Shown: piece by piece, positions 55,047 through 63,801 of the stretch
Layout: each line of letters opens with the position of its first letter
Numbering within the stretch: the stretch's first letter is position 1
From: Amoebidium appalachense
Taxonomy: Eukaryota; Protista; Ichthyosporea
Length of the DNA: 64,000 bases
Assembly: GCA_963693365.1 (NCBI GenBank)
Contig: CAVNZM010000009.1
Location: 4,537,146 to 4,601,145, forward strand
Direction: 5' to 3'
The notes under the pieces: generated by a model
What the model saw: only the letters and a program-made list of their open reading frames with translations
The model's database searches: none
Told to the model about the DNA's origin: nothing
Position numbers and translations under genes: made by a program

Positions 55047-56488
55047 TGGCCAACATCACCTGGGGAAAGGACGACATCGAGCGTCTCAAGGAGAACCCGG
55101 ACTACCCGTGGAAGTTCGTGCGCTGGGACGAGTACCGAAAGCAACTGTGGGACTGGCAGTTCGGCAACGAGTGGGCGCACCACGGTGGGCGCATGCCCTC
55201 GCTCAAGCTCCAGTTCCCCCTGCCACACCCTGCGTTCCCGAAATACAAGGCCGTCTCTTTTGTGTCGTGGGCCTCGTGTGCGACCGCAGAGGACCCCGCC
55301 GGCTGCAGGCGAAACCACGGCGACCCCGAGTACAACCCCGTCGACTCGGACCTGGTGTGTCTGATCTACGACGACCCGCGATTCTGCTACACCCCCAGCC
55401 TGGCAGACATCCAGGAGGACGCACAGGCCGTTGGGTGCCCGGCCAGCACCCGCCAGAACGCCACCCGGCTCAAGGTGCTCACGTGCCCGGCCGACTACGT
55501 GGCGCTCAGCGACCAACCGGCCTTCCCCACGTACAACCCCGGCGACAAGATGTGCGCCCCTTCGGCCTCCAGGAAGAACCAGGACTGGAAGTGGGACGAC
55601 TACCAGAAGTACTGGAACCCGGACTACTGGCTGCGCGCCCCGCACCGCCACCTTGTGTCCCTGCAGCAGTCCAAGCTGCGAGTCCAGTACCGCGGCGAGC
55701 TGGCCAAGGGAAACGACCACACCATGCGGCCCGTGAGCCTCCTGCGCATGCACGACCGCTACCTGCTGTACAAGTTTGACTACAAGCGAGAGCAGAACTG
55801 GGACACCGCTAGGCCGCTGCGGCTGCGCGACCTCCTCGAGTTTTCGCGCGGGCGGGACGATTCGGTGGTTCCGCTGCACGACCAGGCTCGCATGGACAAG
55901 AACTACCTTTTCCCGGCAACACAGGACAGCGCTGTGAATGCATATGCCGAGTTCTTTTGCAAGACCGAGGCCGGGGTCAATGATCCCACGTGCGGGTGCT
56001 TTGCGCCGCTGCCGGCGGGAATGGACCACGCCACACTCAAGAAGAAGTTCGGCTGGAGCGTGCAGTGCCACCACGCCGTGTGCAAGGTGCAGGGCTACAA
56101 GACGCGCGACATGGAGAACGAGGAGTGCACGGCGCTCAACGTGCAGATCTGCAACCAGGCCATGGAGGTCACGGAGAACACTGACGCCAAGATCCAGGCC
56201 ACGCAGGTACAGCAGTGCCTCATGCAGATCGGCAAGGAGGAGTCGGGTGCCACCACCACCAACACCAACCCCGACAACAAGCCCTCAGAGCCCGGGGCTC
56301 CGGCCGTACCCGGTGTGCCTGGGGAGGCTGGAAAGGACTCGCAGAACCCGCCTGCGCCGCCTGTGCCGACACAGCCTGCCCCAACACCACTGGGGTCGGC
56401 AAGCGCCTGGGCGCACGCGAACGCCGCGGCGTACTGGGGCCTGGTGATCGCGGTGGCGCTCGTGCTGCTGCTGCTGGGAGCTGGTTGA
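55046..56488 (+). CDS. Cys-rich virion membrane protein, poxvirus A16/G9/J5-like (DUF230-type entry-fusion component)
   Basis: FC..DPTCGCF..QCHHAVCKVQGYKT..EC....QICNQ Cys pattern, then a Pro-rich linker and a C-terminal TM helix (YWGLVIAVALVLLLL). Confidence 0.68.
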   Translation: MANITWGKDDIERLKENPDYPWKFVRWDEYRKQLWDWQFGNEWAHHGGRMPSLKLQFPLPHPAFPKYKAVSFVSWASCATAEDPAGCRRNHGDPEYNPVDSDLVCLIYDDPRFCYTPSLADIQEDAQAVGCPASTRQNATRLKVLTCPADYVALSDQPAFPTYNPGDKMCAPSASRKNQDWKWDDYQKYWNPDYWLRAPHRHLVSLQQSKLRVQYRGELAKGNDHTMRPVSLLRMHDRYLLYKFDYKREQNWDTARPLRLRDLLEFSRGRDDSVVPLHDQARMDKNYLFPATQDSAVNAYAEFFCKTEAGVNDPTCGCFAPLPAGMDHATLKKKFGWSVQCHHAVCKVQGYKTRDMENEECTALNVQICNQAMEVTENTDAKIQATQVQQCLMQIGKEESGATTTNTNPDNKPSEPGAPAVPGVPGEAGKDSQNPPAPPVPTQPAPTPLGSASAWAHANAAAYWGLVIAVALVLLLLGAG

Positions 56489-56513
56489 TCCAATAAAATG
56501 GTGAGACTCACTA

Positions 56514-59141
56514 ATGGCCACGCGGGGTTCAGACAGCGACGGGCGGCGTGCGTCGCGCACGCCCGGCATGCCCCCGTACTCCGGGTCCCGGGCCAAGATC
56601 TACGCCGAGATGAAGGCCTTTGTGGAAGGGGGAGAGCAGGGAAATGCGCAGAGACAGCAGAACAAGCAGGGCGTGGGGGGTGCAGTTCGGCAGGCGCAGA
56701 CGCGGACCGTGAGGGAGGGTTCCACGTCGGGCAGCCGTGAGCATGGGGCAGACGGGGGTAACGTGCAGGCGGGGATGGGTGGATACAGCCGAGATGCGGG
56801 CGGTAGAGTGGAGGACGAGTATGTGCTCCTGAGCAATTCAATGGCCGCACCCGATTCCAAGGTGACCACACAGCTTGCACAGCGCGTGCACGGCGTTCGG
56901 GGGGTGCAAGTAGAGTCAGTGACCGTGCACGGGAGCACGGAGGAGGGTTTTGTTGTGACGGCGAAGAACAACACTGTCAGTTGTGTGGTGCGAGATGCAC
57001 CCACACTTCTTACCAATCCCGATCCACCTTTTCGTGATATTACTGTCAGCGTGAATATCCCCGAAGGTCGTTACACGGCTGCATATCTCATTGACACGAT
57101 GATCAAACGTTTCAATTTTGGGATTCAGGCGACGTATCTGTCATCTAATCATATTCTGGAGAGTTTTGGTTTAAGACCACCAATTTACGACCGAACATCA
57201 ACCATTGGGTTTCTCAATCATAACCTGAGCCCAACCGAGCTTGACCCTACAGACTCTACGTATCAAGATCTTCATATCAATGGGACGGCTGTTCCACGCA
57301 TTATACAATGGAACAGATATCCAATCAGTCTTGTGCCCATGCAGAGTTGGCCTGTTTTGAAGACTCTTGATACATACAAGAAAAAGATAGAATTTATTCA
57401 ACCACCGAGGCAAACACCAGATGGACCTTTAATCATACATGAAGGCTGGTTCGGCAATATGGGAATGGCTGGCTTCGGGTCAGGCGCACATATTAAACCG
57501 GATCTGCCGGCTGGTACACTAAGCGATAGGGCCTGTTTTTATACACCAGAAGACTTCCAAGACACCAAAGACTGTGCGAGTTACACGAGACTTAGAGTTC
57601 ACGCGACCACAACCTTCCCCTCAAGCCGCCCTCTGGAATCAATGCCTATTGAGCTGCTTGAGTGGTTCCAAGCTGGTGGGCATGACCCGTATTCTTCACT
57701 AAAGCCACGAGAGGCTAATTCAATAGTCGTCATCGATGACCGCATGTTGGCCAGCAGGACAGTCGTTGCCAGAATACACAGGGGGCTTCTTTTTGCGCAA
57801 CCTCTGTACGGCGAAACAGATCGGATCTCTGACATAAACTATACAATTGAACACGTGCTTTTGGAGAGTATACTATATCGGTTCAATTGGAAATTTCGTG
57901 GCGGGAATGAAGTTTCCGAACGACAAACTATATACAGGGTTCAGCATGGTACAGACCAATACTACTACACTTCAAATGAGTTTGGATCGCTTGTTACTGT
58001 TGATGTGTCAAAATACACAGTCCACACATTCGAAGTCAGTTTATCACCATATAATCCACATGTCGATAACAGGATAGAACCATCCGAGGTCAAACACGAC
58101 TATCTAATGCCTTTCTATTTAGAAGTGAAATCCCCATTGGAACTTGCACATGTGTGCCGAGAAAAAAAGATCAGTTACCCAGAACCAATAGTCTATGATG
58201 CAAGGTTACAAAGCGAAATGGCGGAATACCCCTACGGCCCAGTCCCCATTATGAAGCCTTGGATGGACAACTACGGGCCAGAATATTTTGCGCTGATGTA
58301 CATTCTCACAGAGGAAAACCCAGTGCCTAACACGCCTAATCCTATGGACGCAGTGGTGGAAGATTTAAGGGCGGTATACATGAGAATCGGTCATCAACCC
58401 TTAGGTGACGACGATAAGTTGAATACCTACACTATATTCGTCCGCCCTAACTGGGAAAATGCCCTGCTCTGGACTGACGATTCGTTGCGTCTTCGCCACC
58501 TGTGTTATATGTCACCGGAGTATTTCAGAACACCAATCCGTGTAGAATTCACCGGCCCCCTCTGCCGTGCCCTTGGGATATCAGAGCCCACAAAAAAAGT
58601 TCTATCATGTCGTATCTATGAATCATTCAATGACGTCGACTTTGATACCCCTTTACCCCCGAAGATGGTTACGGCTAAAATGGATTGGGCGAGCATTAGG
58701 CGGAGCTACTTCGAAAACAGCGCCCTGGACAGGGTGGGCATCTTGCAGTTTCGTCCGCCCAGAAGGTATTACTACACGGACGGCAGCGCCTTAATGGTTC
58801 CGTGTCCCCGGCCAGCCCCTGCGACCATGCTTTTCTATGTCAAGATCGATGACGTCTTCGGCAGGGGCGTCAGTTGGTGCCGGCCCGCCCTCCAGTCGGA
58901 CCCATCCACTGCCGAAACCATGCCCACCGACCCCAACGACTACGCCGGCCGCTCCCGCCCGGGCCTGACGTACGTGCTGGTGCGTGACGGCCACACGGTG
59001 CGCGCGGACCTCCTGAGCTCGCACGGGCAGATGTGGCTCATGCACCGCACCGCGGCCACGTCCGTGTCAGTCGAGGTGCGTGATTTGGAAGACAACCTCG
59101 TGGTCGGTCGGTACACGGTGCTGTTGCGACTCGTCAAGTAG
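56514..59141 (+). CDS. Penton/minor capsid-like protein with a large central insertion
   Basis: N-half YVLLSN..VRGVQVESVTV..VTAKNNTV..VNIPEGRYTAAYLI..FN and C-half ..SVSVEVRDLEDNLV..YTVLLRL resemble the split single jelly-roll pentons of NCLDVs, polintons and virophages. Confidence 0.6.
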   Translation: MATRGSDSDGRRASRTPGMPPYSGSRAKIYAEMKAFVEGGEQGNAQRQQNKQGVGGAVRQAQTRTVREGSTSGSREHGADGGNVQAGMGGYSRDAGGRVEDEYVLLSNSMAAPDSKVTTQLAQRVHGVRGVQVESVTVHGSTEEGFVVTAKNNTVSCVVRDAPTLLTNPDPPFRDITVSVNIPEGRYTAAYLIDTMIKRFNFGIQATYLSSNHILESFGLRPPIYDRTSTIGFLNHNLSPTELDPTDSTYQDLHINGTAVPRIIQWNRYPISLVPMQSWPVLKTLDTYKKKIEFIQPPRQTPDGPLIIHEGWFGNMGMAGFGSGAHIKPDLPAGTLSDRACFYTPEDFQDTKDCASYTRLRVHATTTFPSSRPLESMPIELLEWFQAGGHDPYSSLKPREANSIVVIDDRMLASRTVVARIHRGLLFAQPLYGETDRISDINYTIEHVLLESILYRFNWKFRGGNEVSERQTIYRVQHGTDQYYYTSNEFGSLVTVDVSKYTVHTFEVSLSPYNPHVDNRIEPSEVKHDYLMPFYLEVKSPLELAHVCREKKISYPEPIVYDARLQSEMAEYPYGPVPIMKPWMDNYGPEYFALMYILTEENPVPNTPNPMDAVVEDLRAVYMRIGHQPLGDDDKLNTYTIFVRPNWENALLWTDDSLRLRHLCYMSPEYFRTPIRVEFTGPLCRALGISEPTKKVLSCRIYESFNDVDFDTPLPPKMVTAKMDWASIRRSYFENSALDRVGILQFRPPRRYYYTDGSALMVPCPRPAPATMLFYVKIDDVFGRGVSWCRPALQSDPSTAETMPTDPNDYAGRSRPGLTYVLVRDGHTVRADLLSSHGQMWLMHRTAATSVSVEVRDLEDNLVVGRYTVLLRLVK

Positions 59142-59186
59142 GCAGGCGTTGTGAACCAAAATAGCTCCCACGGCGCGACGCAGCAT

Positions 59187-59447
59187 ATGTTTTTGCGCCT
59201 TCTGCAAATGTTACCGGAAAGCACGGGCATCACAGACCACCACGTCAAGGCCATGATCGGCCAGGACCTCTACAAGCGCTTCCCCTCGGCGGATCCCGAG
59301 TGGATCAAGCGCGTCACCGACTACAACATGAAGTACGTCATGTGCTCGTACGCCGGCCAGTGCAAGGGCCTGGTTCCCGGGCGCAAGAAGCCCAAGCGGG
59401 GCTGCTGCCGCAAGCGGCGGTGCTGGAAGAGCTTCAAGAAGCCCTAA
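59187..59447 (+). CDS. Viral hypothetical protein with a Lys/Arg/Cys-rich tail
   Basis: ATG at 59187; viral codon usage. Confidence 0.6.
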   Translation: MFLRLLQMLPESTGITDHHVKAMIGQDLYKRFPSADPEWIKRVTDYNMKYVMCSYAGQCKGLVPGRKKPKRGCCRKRRCWKSFKKP

Positions 59448-59494
59448 AAAGGCGCGGCCGTTGAGCGGCCAACGCTACATTGTGGGCCCCCAGT

Positions 59495-60004
59495 ATGCAT
59501 CAACGAAAACGCAAAGCCAGAGGGCGCGGCTGCGCTTGCCGGGCACGACGGCTCGAGACGTGCGTGCGGCGGACGTCGACGCGGCACAGCAAGGTGCCGG
59601 TGTTCCTGATCCCCGAGTGCTCGAAGACGCACATGGTGACGGTGCGCGTGGCGGGGCAGAAGAAGACGTTCAAGCTGGTGTACGATGTGGGGTCTGAGAA
59701 CAGCTACGTCGACTTGGAGGTGGCCAACGGCTGGGGCCTAATGGACGGGCGCAAGCCGCTGGTGCCGTACACGGAGTCCAACACCATCGACTCGAACGGC
59801 AACATCCACAAGAGTGTGCGCCTGACCAAGGTCACGCTCGAGATCCTGTGCCCTGACAACCAGTGGCGGCCGTGCGAGGGCGCGCTCGAGGTGTGCCTTG
59901 ACCGCAAGGTCAACAAGCACGGGCGGCTGTTTGGGGTCAGCCACCTGCGGACGCTGCGGGACCGCGTGCGGTACGTGGTCGACTACCAGGTGTGCCGGCG
60001 CTGA
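59495..60004 (+). CDS. Retropepsin-like aspartic protease
   Basis: VTVRVAGQ..FKLVYDVGSENSYV (DTG/DSG-like DVGS) and C-terminal LFGVSHL (like LLGxDFL). AATAAA at 60015. Confidence 0.68.
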   Translation: MHQRKRKARGRGCACRARRLETCVRRTSTRHSKVPVFLIPECSKTHMVTVRVAGQKKTFKLVYDVGSENSYVDLEVANGWGLMDGRKPLVPYTESNTIDSNGNIHKSVRLTKVTLEILCPDNQWRPCEGALEVCLDRKVNKHGRLFGVSHLRTLRDRVRYVVDYQVCRR

Positions 60005-60062
60005 GCGCACAGGCAATAAACAGCGCCAACCCGTGGCGGTGGCATTAATGTAGCCCTTCTCA

Positions 60063-60842
60063 ATGGACAGTTCGCACTCGGAGCTCGCCCTTGCAATCGT
60101 GTGTTTGGCGGTGGTCTACCTGTACGTGAGTTCGCACGAAGGCAATCCGTTCTATCAGGCCTGGGGGTTTGACAACCCGGACCCTCCGCCCAAGCCCGCC
60201 CCGCCCCTGTCCCCCGCAGACTTCCAGCCTAACCTGAACCTCGACAGGAACACCCTTTATGCACCGCACGCCGGGGCCACTGACGCCCTCGGCCTCAATC
60301 GGCCGTTCAACCCCCTCGACCGTCTCAACACCAAGGTCATGGAGGTGCCCCATGACGAGCACTACGGCAGATTCCGCTACCTCTCGCCCTACCAACGGCA
60401 GAAGCCCTTCGACGACGCCGCCAACGCCGCCGACCGCACACCCCTCCCCCAGACCGTGGCCGTGCTGGCAGGTGCTGCCGTCGACGGCCATGTGCATCCC
60501 GAGGAACAGCAGTCGCGCAGCAACTACATGCGTGAGCTGTACCGCACACGCACGCGCGCGCCAGTGTACAACGGCAACATGCGCAACGAGGGAGCCCGGC
60601 CGGAGGCCGTGCTGAACAGCAGGGAGGATGCACAGCAGGGCGTGCGGCCGCCGCTACCGACATACGCGACAAACCCGGCACGCGTGGACCCAGAGAAGGT
60701 GGTGCATGCACGCAGGGGGATCCGCACACACGACTTTGCCGAGATCCGCGGGCTGGCGAACACGGACGCGCCGATGATGCCCATCCCGGACATGGTGGCG
60801 GGGCCAACGCTGCCGCAGGAGTTCAACGTCAAGGTCAGATAG
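60063..60842 (+). CDS. Viral hypothetical protein with an N-terminal membrane anchor
   Basis: 259 aa; hydrophobic segment LALAIVCLAVVYLYV followed by a Pro-rich region. Confidence 0.72.
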   Translation: MDSSHSELALAIVCLAVVYLYVSSHEGNPFYQAWGFDNPDPPPKPAPPLSPADFQPNLNLDRNTLYAPHAGATDALGLNRPFNPLDRLNTKVMEVPHDEHYGRFRYLSPYQRQKPFDDAANAADRTPLPQTVAVLAGAAVDGHVHPEEQQSRSNYMRELYRTRTRAPVYNGNMRNEGARPEAVLNSREDAQQGVRPPLPTYATNPARVDPEKVVHARRGIRTHDFAEIRGLANTDAPMMPIPDMVAGPTLPQEFNVKVR

Positions 60843-60898
60843 AGTCACAGAACAGTGGCGGGTCCTTGCAGTCATGGATTTTATTGTCGACATGAGCA

Positions 60899-61159
60899 AT
60901 GGCCATATGCTACACGCGCAAGACCAAATCGGCGTTCAATCGTCCCGTCAAGCTCAATCCCCCCCTCAAGGGCTTCATGCACAAGTCGTCGGCCACGCGT
61001 GGACAGATCGTAAAGGCGGTGTGGGCGTACGCCAAGAAGAAAGGTCTTGCCGAAGGCCAAAAGATCAAGGTGGACCGCGCCCTTGCCCCACTGTTTCCCA
61101 AGATGGCCAACGCCAAGTTCGGCGACATCGCACGCATGATCAGCAGGTTCAGTGGTTGA
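60899..61159 (+). CDS. Stand-alone SWIB/MDM2 domain protein
   Basis: FNRPVKLNPPLKGFM....TRGQIVKAVWAYAKKKGL....IKVDRALAPLF matches the SWIB consensus. Confidence 0.88.
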   Translation: MAICYTRKTKSAFNRPVKLNPPLKGFMHKSSATRGQIVKAVWAYAKKKGLAEGQKIKVDRALAPLFPKMANAKFGDIARMISRFSG

Positions 61160-61197
61160 AGCACGGTGCCTCCCAATATTTTCCGTGGCCGCTATAA

Positions 61198-62025
61198 ATG
61201 CCCAAGTACGACAAAGCAAACATCACAAACACCACCAACCTGGTGCTGAAAAAGGCCACCGGCCCCACATCAGAGAATGACGTCAAGGCCGCAAAGCACT
61301 TGTTGATCAGGCAGAAGAAGGACTATGCGCGCGAGATGTGCGTGTCGGCGCCGGTCGCCGACCGGGCCTCGCTCTATGTATGGCGTGGCCTGTACGCCGT
61401 CCAGCAGGTCGTCGGTTCCTGCAAGGGGCGCCTGCAGCCATTGGACGCAGTTGGGTTTATTCTTGGATGCGTCATCAATCTCGGTGTCGACATCAACAAA
61501 AACGGCGCCAAGGGATCCGCACTCGACGAGGCCACCGATGTGAGCGTGTTCAAGGTGGCCGAGGACGTCTACTCGCGCATCCGCATGGCCATGTTCGGGT
61601 CTTTCCCTGATGACTTCTCGTCCCTCGAGGCAAGCTCCAGCTGCAGGGAGCCGTGGATCATCGAGGACCTGGATAAGTACGCGTGCAAGTGGCGAATCGG
61701 CCTGGACGAGGCGTCCAAGATCCAGACCTACCTTATAGAGTTGGAGGAGCTGGTGCGAAAGAAAACCCCCGACACGCTGATGGCGCTTCCTGACTGGTAT
61801 CAGCCCAACGAGTTGGACAAGGACATCCTGTCATGGTTTGGGGAGTACGGCGTGCTTCCACTGGACATCACGCTGTTCAGCGAGGACCTCTACCGGCGTG
61901 TACGCTACATACTCTTCCAGAGATGTAACGTGCGCACAAACGAGACCCTCGACTACGATGCACAGCTGGCTCTCTTCCATGCGGAGCAAACGAAGCTGGC
62001 CAACGTTGCCCGGCGCTGTGTGTGA
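61198..62025 (+). CDS. Viral hypothetical protein
   Basis: 275-aa ORF with a TAAATG start; AATAAA at 62044. Confidence 0.75.
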   Translation: MPKYDKANITNTTNLVLKKATGPTSENDVKAAKHLLIRQKKDYAREMCVSAPVADRASLYVWRGLYAVQQVVGSCKGRLQPLDAVGFILGCVINLGVDINKNGAKGSALDEATDVSVFKVAEDVYSRIRMAMFGSFPDDFSSLEASSSCREPWIIEDLDKYACKWRIGLDEASKIQTYLIELEELVRKKTPDTLMALPDWYQPNELDKDILSWFGEYGVLPLDITLFSEDLYRRVRYILFQRCNVRTNETLDYDAQLALFHAEQTKLANVARRCV

Positions 62026-62048
62026 TATCTTTTCTTGTCCACAAATAA

Positions 62049-62741
62049 ATGCGCAGGAACACTAAACTGACGGAAGCATCACGCGTGCTGCCTGTTCCCG
62101 TGTCCACCAGTAACCTGGAGTTGGAGGTGAAGGCGCTCGAGTCGCTCATCGGTCGTGCTGGGCGTCTGGGGATGCCAGGTGACAGCGCCAAGCGCAAGGC
62201 ACCAGCCAAGCATGCGACCGTCGGCCACCCCCCAAAGAAACCCAAGCTTGCGACCGCCATGCGTCCTCTGAAACCAATGGGGACCATGCGGGTGAGCGTT
62301 GCCCCCAAGGCCGCCTCCAGGAGGCCGGTTTCTAAACCCGTTCAAGCCCCAACCAAGGCAATGGCAACCAGGAAGCCCACTGCCGCCCCCAAGTCCAGAC
62401 CTGCCGCAACCATGCGTGTTCGCTCGAGCTCGCGGAAAGGGGGAAGCTGCGGGCCTGGCACCGTAAGCGTAGGCGGTGAATGCGTGTTGGCCACCCCAAA
62501 GAACGTCTTGGGCTACTGTGGCGTTAAGCCGGGTCGGGCACCTCCCCCCCCCGACTACAGCCGCGAGTCTGTTGCCCACGGCACTGAAATCATCGAGTTG
62601 CTGGGAACAAGCGTCGCTTCTCAAGGGTCTGGGCAGGCCACAAACCTGGGTTTGAGCGCCGCAACGGGCTCGTTCGCTGAAAGCATCCCAGGGAGTACCT
62701 TCCCCATACTGTTCATCATCCAGGCCGACAGCGTGAACTAG
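62049..62741 (+). CDS. Viral basic Lys/Arg/Pro/Ala-rich protein
   Basis: 230 aa, TAAATG start, H1-tail-like low-complexity centre and a small Cys cluster. Confidence 0.65.
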   Translation: MRRNTKLTEASRVLPVPVSTSNLELEVKALESLIGRAGRLGMPGDSAKRKAPAKHATVGHPPKKPKLATAMRPLKPMGTMRVSVAPKAASRRPVSKPVQAPTKAMATRKPTAAPKSRPAATMRVRSSSRKGGSCGPGTVSVGGECVLATPKNVLGYCGVKPGRAPPPPDYSRESVAHGTEIIELLGTSVASQGSGQATNLGLSAATGSFAESIPGSTFPILFIIQADSVN

Positions 62742-62794
62742 GGCTCCCGCAGGTATATAAGGCGCGTCCGCGGCACACTTTCTTGCCAACTAGC

Positions 62795-63781
62795 ATGTCA
62801 GCGGACGAGCGCAAGCGCCCGATGCGCGCGCCCTACCGGTCCAAGAAGGGCTGCGAGGCAGACAAGCAGTATGTGCAGCACGTGGCCCAGAACGACATGG
62901 AGTCGCGTGTGGACGTGCGCATGGCCGAGTTTGCCAAGCGCCGCAGGATCGGCGACGCCGCTGTTGTCCAGGAGGAGGTTGAGTTCCTTCTCGACACCCT
63001 GCCCTACATGCTTAAGCACTACGAGTGCAGCGACAGGGATTCGAGGAGGGAGGTGTATCGCGACTACCTGACCCATGTGGAGGACGTGCAGGACCGTGCT
63101 CCCCGCCGCGAGCCCGATCCCTGCCCCGCGTGCGGCGTCGGCCTGCTGGACAAGATGAGGGAGATGTACGTGTGCGACGAGTGCGGTGAGGCCGTGCCCG
63201 GGTTCTGTGAGTTCAACAAGTCGGTGTTCAAGATGCCCCCACCCCGCAGCCAGCGCCAACAGGTATACAAGCCGCTCAACCATTTCAACGAGACGCTCGT
63301 GCACTTCCAGGGCAAGGAGACCACAGACATACCGGTTGACGTCATCGAGTTTGTCAGGGACGCGGCCACGCTGCACTACCCCATGGAACGCATCACGCAC
63401 GCACATGTCAAGAAGCTCCTGAGAAGCCGCAAGCTCAACCGCTACTACCGCAACATCCCCAGCATCATGCAGAGCGCATTTGGCATTCAGTGCCCGCAGT
63501 TCAACCCCGAGCAGCTGGACCGCCTGCGCGACATGTTCATGCAGACGCAGGGCGTGTTCAAGGACGCGTGCGATGACAGGATCAACTTCCTCTCGGTCAA
63601 CTACCTGCTGTTCAAGTTCTGCGAGCTGCTCCAGTGGGGCGCCTATCTACCCCACATACCCCTGCTAAAGTCTGCAGACAAACTCTGTGACCACGACCGC
63701 ACATGGCAGGCCATCTGTGCAAAGCTGGGCTGGTCGTTTATTAAAACACGGACAACCCCGCGTTGTCTCATGACCGTGTAG
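62795..63781 (+). CDS. Poxvirus late transcription factor VLTF3-like (NCLDV core gene)
   Basis: CPACG..YVCDECG zinc ribbon, YKPLNHFNETLVHFQGKE, LLRSRKLNRYYRNIPSI, RINFLSVNYLLFKFCELL, IPLLKS.DKL..HDRTWQAIC..LGWSFI. TATATAA at 62754. Confidence 0.95.
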   Translation: MSADERKRPMRAPYRSKKGCEADKQYVQHVAQNDMESRVDVRMAEFAKRRRIGDAAVVQEEVEFLLDTLPYMLKHYECSDRDSRREVYRDYLTHVEDVQDRAPRREPDPCPACGVGLLDKMREMYVCDECGEAVPGFCEFNKSVFKMPPPRSQRQQVYKPLNHFNETLVHFQGKETTDIPVDVIEFVRDAATLHYPMERITHAHVKKLLRSRKLNRYYRNIPSIMQSAFGIQCPQFNPEQLDRLRDMFMQTQGVFKDACDDRINFLSVNYLLFKFCELLQWGAYLPHIPLLKSADKLCDHDRTWQAICAKLGWSFIKTRTTPRCLMTV

Positions 63782-63801
63782 ATGCTTGTGTCTTGTCGTG
63801 T

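Noticed and set aside
50297-63406. Long antisense or alternate-frame ORFs in the viral part (e.g. 54581-56074 -, 54544-55779 +, 50337-51014 -, the upstream part of 52385-53437 -)
   Set aside because: Shadow ORFs caused by high GC3 of the real genes; no motifs, and they overlap better-supported CDSs.
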